A program made the translations under genes and the position numbers. The notes under the pieces are model-generated. The model had not been told where the DNA came from, ran no database searches, and worked only from the letters and a program-made list of their open reading frames with translations. DNA of 64,000 nucleotides. Origin: Bdellovibrionota bacterium (GTDB lineage: Bacteria > Bdellovibrionota_G > JALEGL01 > DATDPG01). The first letter of the stretch is position 1. Each line of letters opens with the position of its first letter. The stretch lies in the NCBI GenBank assembly GCA_963668355.1, contig OY764265.1:1184001-1248000 (forward strand), read 5' to 3'. This document shows, one piece after another, positions 9,622-18,192 of this stretch.

Positions 9622-12600
9622 ATGAAGACCAGAGATCTGTTGACCAAGGTGTTGTTTTCTTTCCTTTTTGGGCTTTTGGCTTTTTCAGGACAAAGCTTTG
9701 CCCAACCGGTATGGCCACATTATTTTCAAAATCTTCACCCGAAGGTTTCCTCCACCGAAACCCAATATCTTCTGAGAGAGTTTGCCGATGAATGTGCGGC
9801 CCTGGACGTTCTCGGCTCTCAGCGCTACATCAGTTGGCAAAATCGCGGGACCTCAAGAAAAGATCGAGCGTTGGAGGAAGAATTCGATCAAGCTTTTGAA
9901 GAGCTCAAACAATTGAGTTTTGACATCGTTGATCGCCTGGAGCCCTCCGAACTTTTTCTTTTGCTTCAACAATTTCCGTCTCTGGCCTCGCGCTTGGGAA
10001 TTCCACAATACGCACACAATTTGGTTTCGATGGTCAGCATCGGGAGACCCAAGTTCGGAATTGGCGAACTGGAAAAATTCGTTCGCCATCGCACGCTCGT
10101 GCGCTTTCTGGAATTTTCGGAGGAGGAAGATCCCGAATTTGTCGCGTGGCTCTTAGAGATGTTGATCAAGGCGGAGGCCCATTGGGAGTTGTATGGGAAT
10201 CTTCTAGCGCGAATGGATGCTCTTGAAAGTCAGCGGCAGTACTTGGGCTATACGAACGATGAAAAAATAGACGAATTGAGAAGACACACCGAGTTTTATC
10301 AAAAGGCAAAGCCTCAATTGGCTAGAGAAATTTTGGAATTGAAAAGGGCGACCGATCATCCCCGTTATGAAGCGTGGTTGAATTTGGCGCAAACCTATTT
10401 AGATGAATCTCCGGACCTTCCGCAAAACATCGGTGAAGGTTTTGGTCTCCCTTTCTATTATGGTTTTCGTTCGGGCTTAGACAGTCTGGCCAGCGTCTTC
10501 CATCGTTTTGTTCTGAAAGATCCAAAGAAAGCCAGTGAAGCGACACATAATGCCGTCAAGTGGCACGAGCGCGCGTTTGCCAGCTCTCATTATTCTGGAC
10601 TTCGTATGGACCGGCTTTTAAAGGGCGCAACCTTCCGTCCCGAAAACAGCCCCACTTTAGTTGGCGCAGGGGCCTCTGAAACTTTTTTGGGCGTTTTTGC
10701 TTGGCTGGGAACCGCAAGCGGTCACATCATGGAAGGGGATATCGGACAAGGGGCCAAGGTTCTTTTCATTGATTTTGCCGATGGGCTGTTTTCGTTGGCG
10801 GCGGCGCGCGACGACTTTGTCGAAGACTGGGCCGAGGTCGCTCAAATGCGATTGCAGGCGCAACTCATTGAGGATGAAACGATTCGTCAAGAAAAGATCA
10901 TTCAAGCCGGCCAAATGGCCTTGGCCAATCGACAAAACGGATATTTCAATCCCCATTATTCCGCGCCTTATGCCATCGGTGCGGTGATGGGAGCCAAAAA
11001 GGCATTTCGTTTGATGGTGGTTCCAATTCGATATCTTCGCTCTTTAAATCCTCGGATTCAGGAAGCCCAAGCCCGAGCAGGGCTGGAAACTTCTTCACGA
11101 GGAGGTCAGGGTTTTGAATGGAAACCCTTAGACGAACAGTCTCGAATACAAGTAGAAAGCCTCATTGAAAGTCTCCGAAAATCTGAAAATGCGGAATTGC
11201 AGGCCTTGATCCAAAATGTGGAAAAAGGCGAACCTCCAGCCGGTCTATTTCCGGATGAAGGCGGAAGCGCAGCTCCTTCTCTTTCGCCACGCCGAGGAAG
11301 TGGCGGAGGTGGACCCGCAACGCTCGTCGAGTCTCGTCCCACGACGGGCTCACAAACTTCCACATCAACCTCTGTGGGTCAAAGCGCACGCACCCTTCAG
11401 CCATCACAGCCCTCTCCCTCCCAAGGGCCGGTCGCCCAGATTCAAACTCCGACGCAAATCGCTCAAGGTCTCGTCGTCGGAAATGTTGAACTCTTACATG
11501 CGAATGAAAATGAAGGTGAGGAAACCAGCGGGGAGGAAAGCTCATCGGAATTCATTGAACGTTTAACGCGCGAAGTTCGTGAATTACAGAAGCGATTGTT
11601 CGATTTCATTCCAGCTCTGGCTGAAACATTCGGCAGCTTTGAAAACTGGGTTCTGAAAGGCATGCCCCTACCTAGAGAAAGCGAGTTGCATGTTCGAGAA
11701 ATTCGTCGCTCGATTCAATTGCCACCTCCTTCTCCCGAGACTATTCCCGATCAACTCATCTTCAACTCGCCAGAATATTTTCGTTGGCTTTTTACAGCCG
11801 TCGAAGCCTTAGACAAAGCCGAGCAAGAAGCTCTAACCGACGCGCTTCAAGGGCTAAACCTCATGACGGAGAGGGGCGGAGATGTCGCGTCCGACGCCAC
11901 GCGCTTAAGTCAAATTTTTCAGGGTGTTTCAACCCTCAACTTAAGCGACTTTGATGGAACTCGTTCGCGCCTAGAAGATTTGGGAGAAGCGCGCAATACA
12001 GAAGTCGATCAACGCGCGGAAGAACTCCATGAACTGGAAGCCAACTTGGGCCTACATACGGTAAAAGTTTCGGGAAGACCGCTGGTTTGGCCGGAAATAG
12101 GATTGCTTGGTAGTTCTCAGGCCTCTCCACCACTCGCCATTGGAGAAGCCGGAGCGGCCATGGCTATTGATGGTGTGCCCTCGGAAGAATATCAAGGCTT
12201 CATTGATCAGCGTTCAGGTTTCAATCGTAGTGAACTCGATTTACAAATTCGCATTTTACTCTCGGCCATGGTGTTGCACGGCGAGTTTTTGGAAGCCTGG
12301 CGGCCTCAAGCTCAAAACGGAGTGACACACAAAATTGCCTATGACGTTAAGCTCAAAGATGACAGCGACGGCGAAACGATTTTAAAACTTCAATTATGGC
12401 TTCAGGAAGTCGTAGGTGAGCGTGCCAAAGTTGTGCAAAGCCATTTCATTGAAGCTGAAAATGTAGGCCATAAAAATGTTTATCGCATTGACATCGTTCC
12501 GGGGGATAAAGCCGACGCGGCGGATTATGTGGCCAATCAATTAGCTGAGGCCGACGCTTCTTTGCCGATGATTACGGCGGGGGATAGTGGGAATGATGTT

Positions 12601-15600
12601 GGCCTCGTCACGGCCGCATTAAACGCAGAACCTGTTCCGCTTGACCAAGTTCTTCGTGAAATTGTTTCCGGCAAGCCTTTAAGTTCGAATGTGTTTATTG
12701 CCGTAGCCAACCGAAGTTCCGCCATTTCAGATGAGATTCATCGAGTTTCTATTCCGGCGACGACATACGCTGGTTCCGTACGCGAAAAGGATCACGACAA
12801 ATTACGGGGCGTGTACTTCATTCAAAATGAAGCAGGCGTACTCAAAGTTATTTTGGATGATGCAGAAATGAAAACGCATCGATTCGATCTTCCTGAACAT
12901 CGCCATGGACCGGAGTCAATTCTTAACGCCTACGAACTCATTTTTCGACCTCAGGATTCGAGCGAACGTGACCCAGGGGAGTTTCATGATCTCCTAGGCG
13001 AGGAGGGGGGCCGTCCAAGAATTTGGCTGGAAAAAGAGGTCGTAGTTTCTCCAACGAATACACCAAACTCCTCCGAAGCAGCTATGCAAGCGGAGACCCT
13101 TACTTGGCTCAAGGGTGTGTTGCGACAGCGATCCCGCCTTCTTCCGGGTGCGACACAAGCGATGATTGATGATGTGGCCGAAGATGTGTTTTGGAATATT
13201 TTTGTTGCGAATGAAATTCCCATTCACAGAGGAAAAAATCCGAATTCAGAACAGCTAACGCTTTTGCATGTGACGACACACGGTCATCACGGAGATCCTG
13301 TGCCGCAAAAAGTAAAAGACACAGGCGGGCAAACGGTTTGGACGTTGGAACATACAAAAGAATACGCACGGCAAGGACATATCGCCTTCCAAATCGGTCG
13401 TATGCACGGAACCTATCCCCGCGCGGAATCCCTTCTTCAAACGGAAAATGGCGGAAGGGCATGGTTGGTACGCGTGAAATCCGGCGAGCCGGATTTCATT
13501 CGAAAGGAAGAGTTATACGATCATATTCCAAAACTAGCTCTGGCCACAACGGCCGTAGCGGCGCTCGCTGGCGCCGATGTTGTGATCGGAAATTATGCGG
13601 AAGGAATGACCATTGCCAACGAAGTCGCTTTTCGCACGGGGATTCCAGTCGTCGATATTTCCCATTCTCTGGGCAAGGTGAAGGCTCTGGGTCTAGATCG
13701 CTCTCTTTCGGATTCGCGCGCTATCTGGAAACCCGATTATAATTTTGGCACGCGATTTGGGCTGGAGGAACTGGCACTTTTATCCGCACACGGGGTCGTG
13801 CACAACAGTCCTTTTGAGGAAGAACAACAACAGCACTTGTATCACCTTCCCAAACGAGAATATATCGTGCTTCCCGGTGGTGCCGTTAAGCCTTTCTTCG
13901 ATGCACGAGCCAATCCAGCCGACGCAGAAACTTTGGCGCAATTTGGCCTTGAACCGGGGAAATACATTATTTGGTGGGGCAGAATTGCGGAAGTTAAAAC
14001 TCCGGAGCGTCTGGTCAGAGTACTTGGTGAAGCAAAAGCCTTAAATCCAGAATTGATGGATGGCTACAAAGCCGTAATCATCGGTGGAAATCCGGCAAAC
14101 CCCCCTGAGGACCAAGCAGCCACAGAAGATAGAATTCGTGCGGCGGCGGAGGAATACGGGCTTTCCTTCGGTGTGTATGCCGAAGGAAGCACGCCTAAAG
14201 TCGATGTCATTCGCGTTGAAGCTCAGGACCAAGATAAGATCGCACCTCTAACGGCGGCTTCATTAACCTATGTGGGAATGCAAGACTATGACGCTTTTTG
14301 CATGGGAGCGGCGGAAGCCATGGCGGCAGGCAAAGCGCCCATCATTTCTCGTGAATCGGGAGAAGCGCCCGCCGACCCTTCGTTGAGATTTGGTAATGAG
14401 AGCGTGCTGGGGATGGGCATTGCTAAAATGTTAACGGATGGCAGAAATGCGTTTCTGGTTAATCCTCGAAATTCGGCGGAAGCGGGAGCTCGGTTGACTG
14501 AAATGGTTAACGACGAAGCTTTGCGTCTTAGTATGGAACAAGCCGCGGCCGAATACGCGGATGCAGAATTCAATTTCCGTCCTCTAGCCCAGCGACAGGT
14601 CGCCCAAGTGGAAGACGTGCTGGCCAGATCGAAAAGCCAAAAACAAAACCCACTATTGGGCGCGCATCGAACTTCACCAATTTTCTTAGGGCAACAACCC
14701 AGAATCAAAGAAATTCATCACACCTTGGCGGATCGCGCTCTTTCGCGCGTGAGGAAGCATGTTCAGCGAGAGAATGCGCGAGGAAATCGAGCCGTAATTG
14801 TTCTCGAAGGTGCGGATGAAATGGCTGTTGCTCTAGCTCTATCTGTTCAGCTCAATCGATTTAATCTTGACGCACGCGTTGTCCCTATAGGGGACAAGAA
14901 TGATGTGCTTCATGCGGCCGAAAATCTTCTCGCCTTAAAAAATGCAGCAGAACTTGAAACCGCCCTTACGCATGTGTCGGTTACGTCTTTGTCCACATCC
15001 GAGGTTTTTGACGACACCCCCTTGCCTTTGGTTGATGCGGAAGCACTTTTTGTTATGGCTCCGCCGGGTTGGAAAGAAACCTATGCGCAGGACCTTGGCG
15101 CCGTTACCTTTGATGCATTCCTGGATATGGCCGTGGCAGATGCATTGTCCATTCAACCAAATCACATTGTAGGGCCGGGAGAGCTTCCTATTCCCATGGA
15201 GGTTCACGCAAAAAAGGCGGAGCAGATCGCAGCCTTCTTGACGGATAAAGTTCCCGTGGGAGAGAAGAAAGTTATTACGATTTCTGGGGCCTACGGCTTC
15301 GGACGTACCGAAATTGCGCGCCTGGTAGCCGACCATCTGGCCGACATGGGTCGATATGTGACGGTAACAAGTTTAGATAATTGGCCCATTTTGTCCCCCG
15401 ATAAAAACGACGCGCGAAGAAGATATTTGTTTGGGGAGGGTGGTCAAAAGGGACTCGAAACGCTCGACGAGTTCATAGGTACGCAACACGAGATCGACTT
15501 CAATGGTGTGAATGAATTAGTTAGCAAATTCAAACGGGGCGTACCGGAGTTGAGTTTTAAAATCATCAGCCGAGAAACAAATAAAGCAGAAAACCAAGTT

Positions 15601-15855
15601 CATCGAATGGCAGAAGTTGAAATTCTGATCATCGAAGGAACTTTCCCGGGGTTAATTGAGGAAGCCGACCTTCGCATTCACTTAGATGGAAATCATGCTC
15701 AAGTCACAGCTCCCGAAGGAGCAACGCCAGAAGAAATTCGAGCTGTCGAATTTCAAAATACGGTGCTTGATATCGAGCAACGCAGGCTCAATGTCATGCG
15801 GCGCTTTGCCAAATCAAACCCATTCGCCATCGTCATACCGGAGAACTTAGATTAA
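9622..15855 (+). CDS. Giant signal-peptide protein (~2077 aa): orphan N-terminal domain + low-complexity linker + HAD-IIB phosphatase + SPS/MfpsA-like GT4 glycosyltransferase + two degenerate P-loop kinase-like domains
   Basis: Signal peptide MKTRDLLTKVLFSFLFGLLAFSGQSFA; HAD motifs DFDGT (11947), SGR, DK, GDSGND (~12580); GT4 motifs TTHGH..DTGGQ, HSLG, WGR..K, D-x7-E (14290); kinase-like ISGAYGFGRT (15283). ATG 9622 preferred over TTG 9604. Confidence 0.85.
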   Translation: MKTRDLLTKVLFSFLFGLLAFSGQSFAQPVWPHYFQNLHPKVSSTETQYLLREFADECAALDVLGSQRYISWQNRGTSRKDRALEEEFDQAFEELKQLSFDIVDRLEPSELFLLLQQFPSLASRLGIPQYAHNLVSMVSIGRPKFGIGELEKFVRHRTLVRFLEFSEEEDPEFVAWLLEMLIKAEAHWELYGNLLARMDALESQRQYLGYTNDEKIDELRRHTEFYQKAKPQLAREILELKRATDHPRYEAWLNLAQTYLDESPDLPQNIGEGFGLPFYYGFRSGLDSLASVFHRFVLKDPKKASEATHNAVKWHERAFASSHYSGLRMDRLLKGATFRPENSPTLVGAGASETFLGVFAWLGTASGHIMEGDIGQGAKVLFIDFADGLFSLAAARDDFVEDWAEVAQMRLQAQLIEDETIRQEKIIQAGQMALANRQNGYFNPHYSAPYAIGAVMGAKKAFRLMVVPIRYLRSLNPRIQEAQARAGLETSSRGGQGFEWKPLDEQSRIQVESLIESLRKSENAELQALIQNVEKGEPPAGLFPDEGGSAAPSLSPRRGSGGGGPATLVESRPTTGSQTSTSTSVGQSARTLQPSQPSPSQGPVAQIQTPTQIAQGLVVGNVELLHANENEGEETSGEESSSEFIERLTREVRELQKRLFDFIPALAETFGSFENWVLKGMPLPRESELHVREIRRSIQLPPPSPETIPDQLIFNSPEYFRWLFTAVEALDKAEQEALTDALQGLNLMTERGGDVASDATRLSQIFQGVSTLNLSDFDGTRSRLEDLGEARNTEVDQRAEELHELEANLGLHTVKVSGRPLVWPEIGLLGSSQASPPLAIGEAGAAMAIDGVPSEEYQGFIDQRSGFNRSELDLQIRILLSAMVLHGEFLEAWRPQAQNGVTHKIAYDVKLKDDSDGETILKLQLWLQEVVGERAKVVQSHFIEAENVGHKNVYRIDIVPGDKADAADYVANQLAEADASLPMITAGDSGNDVGLVTAALNAEPVPLDQVLREIVSGKPLSSNVFIAVANRSSAISDEIHRVSIPATTYAGSVREKDHDKLRGVYFIQNEAGVLKVILDDAEMKTHRFDLPEHRHGPESILNAYELIFRPQDSSERDPGEFHDLLGEEGGRPRIWLEKEVVVSPTNTPNSSEAAMQAETLTWLKGVLRQRSRLLPGATQAMIDDVAEDVFWNIFVANEIPIHRGKNPNSEQLTLLHVTTHGHHGDPVPQKVKDTGGQTVWTLEHTKEYARQGHIAFQIGRMHGTYPRAESLLQTENGGRAWLVRVKSGEPDFIRKEELYDHIPKLALATTAVAALAGADVVIGNYAEGMTIANEVAFRTGIPVVDISHSLGKVKALGLDRSLSDSRAIWKPDYNFGTRFGLEELALLSAHGVVHNSPFEEEQQQHLYHLPKREYIVLPGGAVKPFFDARANPADAETLAQFGLEPGKYIIWWGRIAEVKTPERLVRVLGEAKALNPELMDGYKAVIIGGNPANPPEDQAATEDRIRAAAEEYGLSFGVYAEGSTPKVDVIRVEAQDQDKIAPLTAASLTYVGMQDYDAFCMGAAEAMAAGKAPIISRESGEAPADPSLRFGNESVLGMGIAKMLTDGRNAFLVNPRNSAEAGARLTEMVNDEALRLSMEQAAAEYADAEFNFRPLAQRQVAQVEDVLARSKSQKQNPLLGAHRTSPIFLGQQPRIKEIHHTLADRALSRVRKHVQRENARGNRAVIVLEGADEMAVALALSVQLNRFNLDARVVPIGDKNDVLHAAENLLALKNAAELETALTHVSVTSLSTSEVFDDTPLPLVDAEALFVMAPPGWKETYAQDLGAVTFDAFLDMAVADALSIQPNHIVGPGELPIPMEVHAKKAEQIAAFLTDKVPVGEKKVITISGAYGFGRTEIARLVADHLADMGRYVTVTSLDNWPILSPDKNDARRRYLFGEGGQKGLETLDEFIGTQHEIDFNGVNELVSKFKRGVPELSFKIISRETNKAENQVHRMAEVEILIIEGTFPGLIEEADLRIHLDGNHAQVTAPEGATPEEIRAVEFQNTVLDIEQRRLNVMRRFAKSNPFAIVIPENLD

Positions 15856-17927
15856 GTTGCGGACCGGACGGTGTAATCGACGTCTACTATCAAATCCGCT
15901 TGTTCTTGCATGGGCGCGATCATTTGATGCTCCAGTTCCAATACACGCTGAATAAAACCAAAATCCTGGTTCGGGTCTCGTTCTAGGTTTCGTGCGCGAA
16001 CTACATCGATTTGTTTAAGCGAGCTTTGTTCCAAGAAAATTCGAGTATCCACATTCTCAAGTAGAAAACCGTACGTCAGGTCCACAAAGACGACATCCGC
16101 ATTCGATAAATCCAAAGGAACCGATTCATATCGTCGACCGGGAACCGAGCGGCATTCCGAAGGGACATACACAACTTTGTTTTTTCGATCTTTGGCTTGA
16201 GCCAAGACGGCATCCAAGCGAGATAAGTCCACTTCATGAGGTCCGATGACCGAAGAAAGCTCTCCATTTTTGTCCGCTTGAACCCGCTGTGCATGATTTT
16301 TATCGGGAGCCAATTTGAAAAATGCATCTCCGGGAACCACAACACCAAACACACGGTCTTGTCGAAGCGCGAGGGTAAGAAGGTGCGCAATTTCGGTTTT
16401 CCCACTTCCTGACTCTCCACTCAGAACAATGATTTCACGCGTTGAGGCGTTTGAATCCACTTTTAATTTTTCGGAAAGTTTTTTTCGAAGTTGTTCAGTG
16501 GCCTTTTCATGAACATCCCGAATTTTTGGATAATCCCCTCTCCAAGCAGGAACCGTTCGATGGAAACCATGTGGGTGTAGCTTCGTTCCCAAGAGGCCGT
16601 CGATGAGTTCCCCTTGACGTTTGGCAATTCCTGGCCAACTAAAGTCTTTTACGGCCAACGTTTGTCCAGCGGTTGCCAGCGCTTTATATTCGTCCGGGCG
16701 TTCGATGTAATAAGCCAGTTTCTTGGCCCCACTTGCCGGATTTTCAGGATCAATGAGGACCGCATTTTTTTGATCCGAAAGCCAATCCACAATTCCCGCG
16801 CGGGAGGAAATGAAAGCCGGAATTCCAACCGCCATGGCTTCCGCCGGAGCCATTCCAAACGGCTCCAAAAACTGCATGCCCACGTACGCAAACGCACAAT
16901 GAGCCAATTTGGCAATTCGGTCGTGAGATGCGCTCTCCGTTCGAAGCACGTCCTGATCACCTAGGCCATAGTTCTTTTTCACATTGGCAATTTCGTGAAG
17001 GATCGCCTTTTCTTCTGCGGTGGCCTTTTCTTCGGAAGATCCACCGATGACGAGAAGTTTAAAGTCTTGGGCCAGAGCCCCGAGTTTTTTCAATTCTCCA
17101 AATACCTTAACCACGCCGGGAACGTTTTTGGCCGCCGAAAACCGTCCCCACGAAATGAGGAATTTTCCTTCGGTTAAACCGAACTCCTTGAGAAGGTCAG
17201 GCGAAGATGCTTTTTCATACTCAGCGAAAAACGTAGCATCGGCTCCGGCGGGAAGAATCTCATGACGTTGTTCAAAGTCGTAATGTTCTTTCAGGGCTAC
17301 CGGCTCCAAAGGCGTATTGGCCATTTCTAAATCAGCCGCGCGAAGGGAGGCAAGCTCTAAGGATTCTCGCGTCCAAAAATTGTATTCGGCATCTCTTAAG
17401 TCTTTAGAATCCACGGGATTCAAGCCCAGGTTTTTCATTTTTAAAACGGAAAGAGAATGAGGAATGCAGGCCAACGGAATATTCATTTGTTCGGCGACCT
17501 CGGCTGAAACAGTCATGCCATCGGCGTAGTGACCCACCACTGCCTGAGCACCAAAAAGTTTCCCAATCTGGACCGCTTCTTCAGCAAGGAGGGGCGTTAA
17601 CGAATAAATCTCTTCTTTTCGAACAAAGGCATTGGAACCCGCGGGGATTCGAATCAACCAACAATCTTTTGCAAAGGTTTCGACATGAGGGGCGTCTCCA
17701 AAATGACGGGCCAGAATGATGACTTTCCGCCCCTGGTCGGCCCACGCTTTTGAAACTTTCAATACGTAGTGAGTCTGTCCTCCGGTATCAGGAACTCCGG
17801 CGGGAGGGGGATCTCCCCAATGGCCGTGGGTGCTGATCATGAGAATTCGTTCCGCCCGCTCCTTTTTGGAATTGGTTTGATCGCAGGTGGGAATGCCGTG
17901 TTCTTGAAAGAGTTTTTCGTAATTCAT
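15852..17927 (-). CDS. Sucrose-phosphate/mannosylfructose-phosphate synthase-like GT4 glycosyltransferase fused to a uridine-kinase-like P-loop domain (cytoplasmic, ~691 aa)
   Basis: RILMISTHGHWGDPPPAGVPDTGGQ, GHYADG, HSL, EPFGMAPAE (E-x7-E); C-terminal SGESGSGKT Walker A; start ATG 17927 preceded by AAAGAGG. Confidence 0.88.
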   Translation of the reverse strand: MNYEKLFQEHGIPTCDQTNSKKERAERILMISTHGHWGDPPPAGVPDTGGQTHYVLKVSKAWADQGRKVIILARHFGDAPHVETFAKDCWLIRIPAGSNAFVRKEEIYSLTPLLAEEAVQIGKLFGAQAVVGHYADGMTVSAEVAEQMNIPLACIPHSLSVLKMKNLGLNPVDSKDLRDAEYNFWTRESLELASLRAADLEMANTPLEPVALKEHYDFEQRHEILPAGADATFFAEYEKASSPDLLKEFGLTEGKFLISWGRFSAAKNVPGVVKVFGELKKLGALAQDFKLLVIGGSSEEKATAEEKAILHEIANVKKNYGLGDQDVLRTESASHDRIAKLAHCAFAYVGMQFLEPFGMAPAEAMAVGIPAFISSRAGIVDWLSDQKNAVLIDPENPASGAKKLAYYIERPDEYKALATAGQTLAVKDFSWPGIAKRQGELIDGLLGTKLHPHGFHRTVPAWRGDYPKIRDVHEKATEQLRKKLSEKLKVDSNASTREIIVLSGESGSGKTEIAHLLTLALRQDRVFGVVVPGDAFFKLAPDKNHAQRVQADKNGELSSVIGPHEVDLSRLDAVLAQAKDRKNKVVYVPSECRSVPGRRYESVPLDLSNADVVFVDLTYGFLLENVDTRIFLEQSSLKQIDVVRARNLERDPNQDFGFIQRVLELEHQMIAPMQEQADLIVDVDYTVRSAT

Positions 17928-18128
17928 CCGGGCCTCTTTGCCAGGGATCTCGATGCCCATCAAGCGAAAACGATCCTTCCCAAAAAAGGAGTCGGTCCTT
18001 TATTTAACCGAGAGAAAAACGGGAGTTTCCTTAACGATTTCTTAACGATTGTGATAGAAAGATCCGTCGAGTTGTTCGAACTCGAAAAAGGAGGGTTAGT
18101 CCCCAAAAAAGGCTTTGGTTTCAGGCGC

Positions 18129-18157
18129 TTGCACAAAATGGCGCGTTGTGTTATAAG
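18129..18157 (+). promoter_or_regulatory. Sigma70-type promoter for the 18193 gene
   Basis: TTGCAC-N17-TATAAG with TG extended -10 element. Confidence 0.5.
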
Positions 18158-18192
18158 GCCTTAGAGCGTAAGGGGGAAGTACCAAAAGCAGT

